DNA from: Thermoanaerobaculia bacterium
GTDB lineage: Bacteria; Acidobacteriota; Thermoanaerobaculia; Multivoradales; Multivoraceae
Assembly (NCBI GenBank): GCA_963666565.1
Contig: OY762911.1
Location: 1,984,001-2,048,000 of the forward strand
Direction: 5' to 3'
Length of the DNA: 64,000 bases
Of this stretch, positions 50,285 through 58,695 are shown in pieces; position 1 is the stretch's first letter, and each line of letters opens with the position of its first letter. A program made the position numbers and the translations under genes. The notes beneath the pieces are model-generated. The model did no database searches. It was given only the letters and a program-made list of their open reading frames with translations, and was not told where the DNA came from.

Positions 50285-51472
50285 GTGACGAAGAATGAGG
50301 CCGGGGAAGAGGAGTCGACGATGGAACCCTCGACCGGTGGTGCCGAAAACGTCCAGTCCGGAAGGAGTGCGGCAGCGGTCGTGTCCGCTGGTAGGGCCCG
50401 ATCCCGATGCTTGAGCGGGAGCCCGCTGGGTACGCAGCGGGTTCATGCCGCTATCCGCTGGCGATTGGCCTCCGTTTCCGGCGCCGCGTTCCTCATGGCA
50501 ACCGCGGCTGCTCATCCGGCTGCGACCGCGGACGAAGGCGGTCCGACGATCGATCTCGCGAAGCGAGCCGGCGCCCGCGTCCTGGTCACCGTCGACGGCG
50601 AGCCCTTCACCGAGTACCGGCCCGGCGGCGAGGCCGATGGCGGCGGCCACCTGCCGTACCTGTACCCGGTCTACGGCCCCGGCGGGCAGGCGCTCACCCG
50701 CAACTGGCCGATGGCCGAGGCGGAAGGCGAGGAGCGGGACCATCCGCATCACCGTTCCCTCTGGTTCGCTCACGGCGCCGTTGGCCCGGCCGACGGCTCG
50801 GAGCGCCACGACTTCTGGACCGGCCGCGACGGTTCGGCGATCGTCCACCGGGAGATCCTGGCCGCCGAGTCGGGCGCGGCCGGCGGCCCGGGCCTCCTGC
50901 GCACGGCCAACGTCTGGCTCGCACCCGGCGGCGCCGAGGTGCTTCGCGAGGAACGTGCGATGACCTTCCGCGCCGGCGCTTTCGACGGCGGCCAGGCCTG
51001 GCGCGCGATCGACTTCGACATCCGGCTTCGGGCCGGCGGCGCGGCCGTCGTCCTCGGCGACACGAAGGAAGGCACGATGGCCATCCGCGTCGCGCCGACT
51101 CTCCGCCACCAGGGCGAGCGCGCCGCCGGCGCCATGCTGAACAGTGAAAGCGTCGAAAGCGCCGCCGTCTGGGGCAAGCGCGCCGCGTGGGTCCACTACA
51201 GTGGCCCGGTCGACGGCAGGCCGGTCGGCATCGCGATCTTCGACCACCCCGGGAACTTCCGCCACCCGACCTGGTGGCACGCCCGCGCCTACGGCCTGTT
51301 CGCCGCCAACCCCTTCGGCGTCCACGACTTCGAGAAGGCGAAGAAGGGCACCGGCGCCTGGACGATTCCGGCGGGCGGCGAGCTGCGGTTGCGGTACCGG
51401 CTGCTGTTTCACGACGGCGAGGTGGCTGCGGAACAGCTCGCTGGGGAACTGGCGCGCTACGGCTCTGAGTGA
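50285..51472 (+). CDS. PmoA-like / DUF6807 family secreted protein (start likely downstream of 50285)
   Basis: PYLYPVYGP, DHPHHRSLWFAHG, GDTKEG, WGKRAAW, WHARAYGLFAANPFG. Confidence 0.8.
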   Translation: MTKNEAGEEESTMEPSTGGAENVQSGRSAAAVVSAGRARSRCLSGSPLGTQRVHAAIRWRLASVSGAAFLMATAAAHPAATADEGGPTIDLAKRAGARVLVTVDGEPFTEYRPGGEADGGGHLPYLYPVYGPGGQALTRNWPMAEAEGEERDHPHHRSLWFAHGAVGPADGSERHDFWTGRDGSAIVHREILAAESGAAGGPGLLRTANVWLAPGGAEVLREERAMTFRAGAFDGGQAWRAIDFDIRLRAGGAAVVLGDTKEGTMAIRVAPTLRHQGERAAGAMLNSESVESAAVWGKRAAWVHYSGPVDGRPVGIAIFDHPGNFRHPTWWHARAYGLFAANPFGVHDFEKAKKGTGAWTIPAGGELRLRYRLLFHDGEVAAEQLAGELARYGSE

Positions 51473-51504
51473 CGGCGCACGGGCGATGATCGTGTGCGGA
51501 CGGC

Positions 51505-51680
51505 GTGGTTCGTCTCGAACCCGACCGGCGAGTTGTCACAAGAACTTGTCTTTCTGGCAGAGATTCGCGCGCTTGGGCTAAGGTCCGCCACAATGATCCT
51601 CAACGCGCAGCAGCTTCGGCAGGCCGTTTCACCAGCTCGCCGAGCCGACCGAGAAGCCCTGCGACGGCCCGTCTCCCCTG
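51505..51680 (+). pseudogene. Internally deleted duplicate of the dcd-like gene and its upstream region
   Basis: 51593 atgatcctcaacgcgcagca matches 52149 and is joined directly to ttcacca.ctcgccgagccgaccgagaagcc, which matches 52551. Confidence 0.8.
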
Positions 51681-51782
51681 CGGGATCGCCGAAGAGCAGG
51701 CGGATTATCGGTCCGGTCGTATGCTCCGTCCGGGTTCCAGAGGCGCCCGCCCGTCGACGATGGGAGTGAGGATCCGTACACG

Positions 51783-52004
51783 ATGAGCCGTACGATTGGC
51801 GCCACGCAGTTCAGGAAACAGTGCCTCGCGATTCTCGATCAGGTGGACCGCGACGGCATCGTGATCACGAAACACGGGCACCCGGTGGCGAAGCTGATAC
51901 CAGTCAAGGGTACTTCCGGGCACTTGATCGGCTGCCTTCGGGGGAAACTGCGGCCTGCGGGCGACACGATGAGCACAGGCGTCAGGTGGGATGCTGAACA
52001 CTGA
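51783..52004 (+). CDS. Phd/YefM family antitoxin
   Basis: IGATQFRKQCLAILDQV....IVITKHGHPVAKLIP. Confidence 0.88.
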   Translation: MSRTIGATQFRKQCLAILDQVDRDGIVITKHGHPVAKLIPVKGTSGHLIGCLRGKLRPAGDTMSTGVRWDAEH

Positions 52005-52053
52005 CTCCGACATCCTCGTCGACGCCCTGGAAGGAGAGGCGAGACCGGCGTAG
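51991..52053 (+). pseudogene. 20-codon remnant of a VapC/PIN toxin
   Basis: MLNTDSDILVDALEGE* overlaps the antitoxin end and resembles the first strand/helix of PIN toxins. Confidence 0.5.
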
Positions 52054-52148
52054 CGAAGCAGCGGCTTGTTGTGGTTCGACCGAGCGGAGCGTCCGAAGAT
52101 CTTGCCCGTTTCGTGGAAGTTCGGCGGCTTGCGCTAGGGTCGCGGCAG

Positions 52149-52832
52149 ATGATCCTCAACGCGCAGCAAATCCGGCGGGCTGTGGAGGGCGGTGACATTC
52201 GGATCGAGCCGTACGACGAGGATCAGTTGCAGGCGGCCACCTACGACCTGCGGGTCGGTGCGCAGGGCGCGACGACCAGCACGAAGAAGGTGTTGGACCT
52301 CCGTTCAACCGGCTATCTCTCCATCGAGCCTGGCGACTTCGCGGTCGTCACCGTGCGCGAGGAGATTGCGCTGGGGCCGCAGCACGCCGGACGCTTCGGG
52401 CTGCGCTCGAAGTACGCCCGCAAGGGCCTCATTGCAACGACGGGGCCACAGATCGACCCCGGCTTCCACGGACGGCTGATCCTCGGCCTCACGAACCTGA
52501 CGCCCAAGGCCATCACGCTCTCGCACGACGACGACCTCGTGTCGGTCGAGTTTCACCAACTCGCCGAGCCGACCGAGAAGCCGTACGACGGTCCGTTCCA
52601 GGGGAAGACGAAGCTCGGTCCCGAGGAAATCGAGATGATCACCGAGAGTTCCGGGGGCATGGCCTTCTCGGAGGTGCTGACCACGCTCAGCTCGCTGAGC
52701 AAGAACGTGGCGACCCTCTCAAGGGACGTGCACGAACTTTCGGCCTCGATGAAGACGCAGCGCTGGCTCGTGCCCGTGCTCTTCGGATTCGTCGCGCTGC
52801 TGATCGCGGTGTTCGGGTTCCTCGGCGGCTGA
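52149..52832 (+). CDS. dCTP deaminase/dUTPase-fold protein with C-terminal coiled coil and TM helix
   Basis: I.IEPY, LQAATYDLRVG, LRSKYARKGL, IDPGFHG, PYDGPFQG, then a heptad stretch and WLVPVLFGFVALLIAVFGFL. Confidence 0.8.
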   Translation: MILNAQQIRRAVEGGDIRIEPYDEDQLQAATYDLRVGAQGATTSTKKVLDLRSTGYLSIEPGDFAVVTVREEIALGPQHAGRFGLRSKYARKGLIATTGPQIDPGFHGRLILGLTNLTPKAITLSHDDDLVSVEFHQLAEPTEKPYDGPFQGKTKLGPEEIEMITESSGGMAFSEVLTTLSSLSKNVATLSRDVHELSASMKTQRWLVPVLFGFVALLIAVFGFLGG

Positions 52833-52859
52833 CGCCAGAGCTTGGCGGCCCGGCGCTCG

Positions 52860-53417
52860 CTACCGCAAGCGCGCCGGATCGAACATCGCGTAGATGCGGG
52901 TGTCCCGCAGTTCGCCCGCGTTGTCGAGGGCATCGTTCCTGAGCGTCGCTTCCCACTCGAAGCCGAGCCGCTCCGCCACGGCCCAACTGGGCTCGTTGCG
53001 GTCGTCCATCGTGATCTGAACGCGCTTCGCGCCGAGGGTCTCGAAGGCGAGGCCGATCAGCGCGCGGGCGGACTCGGAAGCGTAGCCGTGGCCGACGAAA
53101 GCGGAGAGCAACCAGTAGCCGATCTCGAACTTGGGCACGTCCCAGTTCGCGAACAGCGAGGAGCCGCCGACGATGCGCCCGGAGGACTTGAGCGCCAGCA
53201 GGACGTGGTACGCGGCTTCTTCTTCCAGTTCGGTCTGGGCCAACTTCAGGTAGGCCGCGAATTCGTCTTCGCCGTATGGCTTCTTTGCCCACGGCATCCA
53301 CTCGGTCAGTTCGGCGAAGGACGCCGCTATCGCGGCGATCAGTTCCTGGCCGTCCGCCGGCGTGGGCGGGCGGAGGATCAGCCGGTCGGTTTCGAGTTGG
53401 TCGGGGAAGCGGGACAT
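52860..53417 (-). CDS. RimJ/RimL-type GNAT N-acetyltransferase
   Basis: LETDRLILRP, EIGYWL, GHGYASE, NEPSWAVAERLGF. Confidence 0.9.
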   Translation of the reverse strand: MSRFPDQLETDRLILRPPTPADGQELIAAIAASFAELTEWMPWAKKPYGEDEFAAYLKLAQTELEEEAAYHVLLALKSSGRIVGGSSLFANWDVPKFEIGYWLLSAFVGHGYASESARALIGLAFETLGAKRVQITMDDRNEPSWAVAERLGFEWEATLRNDALDNAGELRDTRIYAMFDPARLR

Positions 53418-53443
53418 TGGAGTCGACTGCCCGTTTCGGCTTC

Positions 53444-54457
53444 TCAGTCGGCTTCGGGCGGAAGGTACTCGTCGCCTACGGTGCGCCCGCCGTTGCCGTT
53501 CGGGCGGTTCAACCGGCCCGACAGGGCATCCCGGGCAATCTGGACCGCGCTCAGGATGGTCTCCGTCGAGCGGACGCCGACGTAGTCGGAGAACGCCTTC
53601 AGGTTTCCCTCGTCAGCGGCTTCGAGTGCCCGGATGTACGCGGGTTTGCCCTCGGCGGTCACCACGGGAGGCGGCAGGTGCCGCTTCACGTAGGCCCACG
53701 CCATGAGCAGCCGCGAAACCCGTCCGTTGCCGTCCTGGAACGGGTGGGTGCGAACGAAGCGGTGATGCAGCCAGGCGGCCTCCACGTTGACTGGATAGCT
53801 CCGTTCGCGGATGTCGTCGTCGTACAGGGCGAGGAAGCGGCGCATCTCCGGGTCCACCTGCTCCGGCGGGCAGTACTCGTGAACGAGCCCGTCGGCGCGG
53901 CGCGGGTTGTTGGGCCTCGTCTTCCACTCGCCCTTGCCGCGGAACTCGACCTGAACGCGCCGGCCCTGGAGGTCGAGGCCCGTGATTGTCTCCTGGTGCC
54001 GCGTCAGCAGGGCGTGCCAACTTTTCATCATGTACACCGACAGGGGGCGGCCGCTGGCGACATCCTCGAACATCATGTCGTAGGCGGCCTCCTGGTCCCG
54101 CAGCAGGCCCCGCAGAGTGCGGTCCTCGATCCCCTCGAGAGTGTGCGCCCCCACCGCGCCGGCGAAGCCCTCCGCGATGAACTGCTCGGTGACGCCCCGC
54201 CGCAGCGTGTACAGCCCCTCGATCTGGCCGGTCTCCAGGGCGAAGGCGCGCACCCGCTCCCGCAGCCAGCCGTTCAGGAAGCGCGACTCGGGGGAGCCGT
54301 CCTTGATCCCGCCCAGGCATTCGTTCCACTCGGCCTCGAGGTCGGCGTAGCCGGGCATCGTCCAGCCTTCCGCGCCGTCCGGCATGCCGGTCAGTGGCTT
54401 CCACTGCTCGGGGGCCTGCGCGGCCACTGCCAAACTCCCGTTGCGTCTTCGGTCCAT
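53444..54457 (-). CDS. Fic family protein
   Basis: HPFQDGNGRVSR catalytic motif; N-terminal TGQIEG inhibitory-type motif. Confidence 0.92.
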   Translation of the reverse strand: MDRRRNGSLAVAAQAPEQWKPLTGMPDGAEGWTMPGYADLEAEWNECLGGIKDGSPESRFLNGWLRERVRAFALETGQIEGLYTLRRGVTEQFIAEGFAGAVGAHTLEGIEDRTLRGLLRDQEAAYDMMFEDVASGRPLSVYMMKSWHALLTRHQETITGLDLQGRRVQVEFRGKGEWKTRPNNPRRADGLVHEYCPPEQVDPEMRRFLALYDDDIRERSYPVNVEAAWLHHRFVRTHPFQDGNGRVSRLLMAWAYVKRHLPPPVVTAEGKPAYIRALEAADEGNLKAFSDYVGVRSTETILSAVQIARDALSGRLNRPNGNGGRTVGDEYLPPEAD

Positions 54458-54540
54458 CCGGCCGCGATGCTACTACTGGGCCGGCGGTCTCGGCCGTCCA
54501 TCGTGACCTGAACGCGCTTGGCGCCGCGCGGCGCAAGCTC

Positions 54541-55308
54541 CTAGTCGAACGCGGGTCTGACCGGCTTCTTCGTCTCCGGCGCCCAGATTCGGATCTGGCT
54601 GAAGCGGCCGGTGTCGTCGAACGACCCGAAGCCGACGCGGCCCCAGCCGAGCGGGTCGCGGTCGGCCGAGACGGTCGGCTGCTTCTCGTCGTCGAAGTAG
54701 ACCCGTAGCGAGCCGTCCTGGCGTTCGACGCGCACGCGCTTCCAGCCGCGGCCCCAGTCGACGCCTTCGTCCGGGATCGCGCCCATCGGCGTCCGGTCGG
54801 CGTTGTCGACCAGGAAGATGTTGTGGGCACGGTCGTCCGGCTCGGTGGCGAGGTGGGCGTAGTAGTAGCGGTTCGGTCCCTCGAAGCCGAAGAAGAGGCT
54901 GAGGTCGCGGTGACCGTACTCGCGGCCGGTCTGCCAGGCCTCGGCTTCGAGGACGAAGTCGGCGAGCAGGAGATCGTCGATCAGGGCGATGTTGAGCGGC
55001 GAGCGGTGTTTCGGCTTGTACTTGCTGCCGCCCTTGAGGTCGAGGTAGCCGCGCCAGTCTCCCGCGCCGTACGCCCACGCTCGCCGGTCGCTGAACGTGA
55101 AGTCGTCGAGCGCGGAGGCCTCGGTGAAGTCCTGGGAGTAGACGAGTTCGTAGCCTTCCGGGACGTCGGACTGGGCGTGGAGGCCGCCGGCGGTGGCGAC
55201 GGCAGTCAATGCGGCCAGACTCAGCCAAACCGGCGCTTTGCGCCGGATGCCGGCGAGGGCGCCGGCGCACCCGGTGGGGCGCATCGCGAGACTGCGAACC
55301 GGGCCCAT
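54541..55308 (-). CDS. Secreted beta-sandwich protein (DUF1080/LamG-like)
   Basis: Signal peptide; LVYSQDF, DFVLEAE, W.RVRVER, GRVGFGSFDD. ATG overlaps the upstream stop. Confidence 0.6.
   Translation of the reverse strand: MGPVRSLAMRPTGCAGALAGIRRKAPVWLSLAALTAVATAGGLHAQSDVPEGYELVYSQDFTEASALDDFTFSDRRAWAYGAGDWRGYLDLKGGSKYKPKHRSPLNIALIDDLLLADFVLEAEAWQTGREYGHRDLSLFFGFEGPNRYYYAHLATEPDDRAHNIFLVDNADRTPMGAIPDEGVDWGRGWKRVRVERQDGSLRVYFDDEKQPTVSADRDPLGWGRVGFGSFDDTGRFSQIRIWAPETKKPVRPAFD
55249..55274. repeat. REP-like variant GCCGGCG-AGGG-CGCCGGC-GCACCCGG in a 5' coding end
   Basis: Same 7-bp stem, purine tetraloop and tail architecture as the main family. Confidence 0.7.
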
Positions 55309-56780
55309 CAGACGGTCCGCGGGACGACGAAGGGTTCCCGGTACTCGCGAGTGAGCATCCTGTTCGCCTCCGGGTCGCCTTCGATCGTCTCGGTGTCCGG
55401 GTCGATCTCGAGCCAGGGCCCGACGATCGGCTGCTCGATCTCGAGGTCGACGCCGTTCCTGGCCAGGTGGTCGAGGAAGCGGTCCGGGGTGTCGCCGGCG
55501 TGGCGGAGCTTCGAGGCGATCTTCGACACCTTGGCGGGCCCCCCGGCTTCGCCGCGCAGGTAGGAGATGTTGCCGAGGTGGCAGAGCGCGCTCGACAGGT
55601 GGCCGTCCTCGATCGAGGCGGTCAGGTTGGCGGCGCGCCGGCTGCGCACAGCGTCCACGAAGTTCGCGTAGTGGTTGGCGCCGCCCTTCCAGGACTCCAG
55701 CTTCTTGCCCTTCTTGTCGTAGGCTGCGGCCTGCGTGTAGCTCGGGATCTGCACGTGGCCGCCCTCGCAGTGGACGATGACGCCGATGCTGGCGCCCAGG
55801 TAATCGTCCATGCCGTCGCGCCACTTGCCGGCCTGCGCCTTGGCGTCGCGCGGCAGGCCGCGGACCTCGAACAGCAGCGGCGCCCGCTCGTAGTCGTGGT
55901 ACACGAACTGCGTGTTCGGGGTGTTGCCGTCGTCGACGTAGCCGAACCGGCCGCCGACGCTGATCGTTCGCGGCGGCAACGCGGGCTCGCCCAGCGCCCA
56001 GCGCGCGATGTCCATCTGGTGGATGCCCTGGTTGCCCAGGTCGCCGTTGCCGGTGTCGAAGACCCAGTGCCAGTCGTAGTGCAGGCGCTCCCGCATCAGC
56101 GGCTTCTTCGGCGCCGGGCCGCACCACAGGTCGTAGTCGACGGCGGGATCGATCTTCTGCGCGCCTTCCACCCGGCCGATGCTCTCGCGCGGCTTGTAGC
56201 AGAGGCCGCGGGCGAGCTGGATCTCGCCGATGTGCCCTTCGTTGACCCAGGCCAGGGCCTCCCGGATCGAGGGCGACGAGCGGATCTGGGTGCCGGTCTG
56301 GACGATGCGGTCGTACTTGGCGGCCGCGTGGACGATCTGGCGGCCCTCCCAGACGTTGTGGGACACGGGTTTCTCCAGGTACACGTCCTTGCCGGCCTGG
56401 CACGCCCACACGGCCTGCAGCGCGTGCCAGTGGTTCGGCGTCGCGATGGAAACCGCGTCGATGTCGTCGCGCTCCAGGAGTTCCCGGTAGTCGACGAAGG
56501 TCATCGGAGCGGTCGCGCCGGCCTCGATCGCCTTGGCCTTGGCCGCTTCGAGCACGTTGCTGTCGACGTCGCAGAGGGCGGCGACTTCGACGCCGGGCAG
56601 CTTGGCGAACTGGTTGACGTGGTCCCGGCCGCGTCCGCGCAGGCCGACGACGGCGACGCGAAGCTGTTGGTTGGGACTCGCGGCTGTGGCCGTGCCGGCC
56701 GAAGCGCGGCATCCCAGAGTCGTCGTGGCGGCGGCAGCGGCGGCCGAGCCGAGGAAGACGCGGCGGGTGATGGCGGACAT
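55308..56780 (-). CDS. Gfo/Idh/MocA family oxidoreductase with Tat signal
   Basis: TRRVFL, VVGLRGRG, ATPNHWH, YLEKP, GNQGIHQMD. Confidence 0.93.
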   Translation of the reverse strand: MSAITRRVFLGSAAAAAATTTLGCRASAGTATAASPNQQLRVAVVGLRGRGRDHVNQFAKLPGVEVAALCDVDSNVLEAAKAKAIEAGATAPMTFVDYRELLERDDIDAVSIATPNHWHALQAVWACQAGKDVYLEKPVSHNVWEGRQIVHAAAKYDRIVQTGTQIRSSPSIREALAWVNEGHIGEIQLARGLCYKPRESIGRVEGAQKIDPAVDYDLWCGPAPKKPLMRERLHYDWHWVFDTGNGDLGNQGIHQMDIARWALGEPALPPRTISVGGRFGYVDDGNTPNTQFVYHDYERAPLLFEVRGLPRDAKAQAGKWRDGMDDYLGASIGVIVHCEGGHVQIPSYTQAAAYDKKGKKLESWKGGANHYANFVDAVRSRRAANLTASIEDGHLSSALCHLGNISYLRGEAGGPAKVSKIASKLRHAGDTPDRFLDHLARNGVDLEIEQPIVGPWLEIDPDTETIEGDPEANRMLTREYREPFVVPRTV

Positions 56781-56853
56781 GTCGTTTCTCCCAGAGTCGG
56801 AAGCTGGCCCGTAGGCGGCTTCCGATTGTAGCGCCGCGGCTCCATACGAGACT

Positions 56854-57069
56854 GGCCGCCCGCTGGGTGCGCGGGTCTTCCGACCCGCTGCCGCCGGAGG
56901 CGGCCGGAGAGACGCGCCGGCCGGAGGCTGCCTCCGCTCCAGCGCCGGCCGCGCCGGCCGCGGCTGGTGCGGTCGCCGGGCGTTCGCCAGCGGCCCTTCG
57001 TCCGGGCTGCACCGCTCCGCGGCGCCGCCCGTGGGCGGGTCGGAAGACCCGCGCACCCAGCGGGCGGCC
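56854..57069. repeat. Intergenic inverted REP-like doublet
   Basis: 35-bp terminal inverted repeats; interior homologous to 23979-24168. Confidence 0.9.
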
Positions 57070-57111
57070 CATGCCCGTCAGCGCCGCGCCGGCTGCTACC
57101 GTGGCCGGCGG

Positions 57112-58695
57112 ATGAAGTCGGTCGGACATCGGGGACCGTTTGCCGTTCTCGCTTCGGCGGGTCTAGCCGCCTGCTTCGTCGGATGCGTCGCCGACATGCC
57201 CGCCGAGCCCGCGGCGGCCCCCAACATCGTCTTCCTGCTGGTCGACGACCTGGGCGCCATGGACATCGGTGCCTTCAACCCGGACACCTTCTACGAGACG
57301 CCGAACATCGACCGGCTCGCGGCCGGCGGGGTGCGCTTCACCCGAGGCTACGCCGCGAATCCGGTGTGCAGCCCAACCCGCTTCAGCATCATGACCGGCC
57401 GGTACCCGACCCGGGTGGGCGCGACGAACTACTTCGCGGGCCGGCGGCAGGAGAAGTACGCGCCCGCTCCGCTCAACGACCGGATGCCGCTCGCGGAGTA
57501 CACGCTCGCCGAGGCGCTGCGCGACGGCGGCTACCGCACGGCATTCCTGGGCAAGTGGCACCTGGGGCCGACGGAGGAGTTCTGGCCGCTCGCCCAGGGC
57601 TTCGACGTGAATGTCGGCGGCCATCGGGGCGGCATGCCGCGGAGCTACTTTTCGCCCTACTCGAACCCGACGCTTCAGGACGGCCCCGAGGACGAGCACC
57701 TGACGGCGCGGCTGACCGACGAGGCGCTCGCCCTGCTCGACGGCTACGCGGCGGACGAGGAGGGCAGGCGCTTCCTGCTCTACCTTTCGTACTACACGGT
57801 CCACACACCGCTCGTGGCGCCGGCGGACCTGATCGCGAAGTACGCCGCCAAGGCAGGCGTCGAGGTCGGCGTGTCGGAGAAGCCGCCGGGCCGCGTGGCC
57901 GGCTATCCCGCCGACCCCGCCGATTTCGGCGACGAGGAGCAGATCTGGCCGCGCGACGAGCCGCGCCGGGTGCGCGAGGTGCAGAACCACGCGGTCTACG
58001 CGGCGATGGTGGAGACGCTGGACACGAGCGTCGGCCGCATCCTCGACCGCCTCGACGCCCTGGGTCTGGCCGAGAACACGATCGTCGTCTTCTTCTCCGA
58101 CAACGGCGGCCTGTCCACCGCGGAGGGGGCGCCGACCTCGAACCTGCCGCTCCGCGGCGGCAAGGGCTGGCTCTACGAGGGCGGCATCCGCGAGCCGACG
58201 ATCGTCCGCTGGCCTGCCGTGGCCCCGGCGGGCGCCGCGACGGCGGCCCCCGTCATCAGCATCGACTTCTACCCGACCTTGCTGGAGGCGGCCGGCGTCG
58301 ACCAGCCGGCCGGCGTCGAGATCGACGGCGTGAGCTTCGTGGACGTGCTCCGCGGCGGCGACGCGGGTACGGCGGCTGCCGCCGCGGCCGCCGAGCGCGA
58401 CCTGTTCTGGCACTACCCGCACTACGGCAACCAGGGAGGCTTCCCCGGCGGCGCGATCTCACGGGGTCGCTACAAGCTGATCGAGCGCTACGAGGACGGC
58501 CAGGTCCACCTCTACGACCTGGAGAACGACGTTGGTGAACGGAAGGACCTGGCCGCCGAGCAGCCCGAGCGGGTCGCCGAGATGCGAGCGCGGCTCCACG
58601 CCTGGTACGGCGAAGTCGGCGCCGAGTTCCTGAGCGCCCTGCCGGATGGCCCGGGACCCTGGCAACCGTCGGTGCAGGCCGGGGACGGCGGTTGA
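57112..58695 (+). CDS. Formylglycine-dependent sulfatase (probable lipoprotein)
   Basis: PNIVFLLVDDLG, CSPTR, GKWHLG, VHTP, SDNGG, KGWLYEGGIR. Confidence 0.95.
   Translation: MKSVGHRGPFAVLASAGLAACFVGCVADMPAEPAAAPNIVFLLVDDLGAMDIGAFNPDTFYETPNIDRLAAGGVRFTRGYAANPVCSPTRFSIMTGRYPTRVGATNYFAGRRQEKYAPAPLNDRMPLAEYTLAEALRDGGYRTAFLGKWHLGPTEEFWPLAQGFDVNVGGHRGGMPRSYFSPYSNPTLQDGPEDEHLTARLTDEALALLDGYAADEEGRRFLLYLSYYTVHTPLVAPADLIAKYAAKAGVEVGVSEKPPGRVAGYPADPADFGDEEQIWPRDEPRRVREVQNHAVYAAMVETLDTSVGRILDRLDALGLAENTIVVFFSDNGGLSTAEGAPTSNLPLRGGKGWLYEGGIREPTIVRWPAVAPAGAATAAPVISIDFYPTLLEAAGVDQPAGVEIDGVSFVDVLRGGDAGTAAAAAAAERDLFWHYPHYGNQGGFPGGAISRGRYKLIERYEDGQVHLYDLENDVGERKDLAAEQPERVAEMRARLHAWYGEVGAEFLSALPDGPGPWQPSVQAGDGG

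Noticed and set aside
50424-50452. Another copy of the REP-like element
   Set aside because: ctgggtacgcagcgg only partly matches the tail and lacks the 7-bp stem with tetraloop.
50285-51472. Particulate methane monooxygenase subunit
   Set aside because: The family label is misleading: the protein is soluble and secreted, and no pmoB/pmoC is present.
54541-57129. 862-aa ORF as a single protein
   Set aside because: Only the last 255 codons look real; the rest overlaps the Gfo/Idh/MocA gene in another frame and crosses a repeat.
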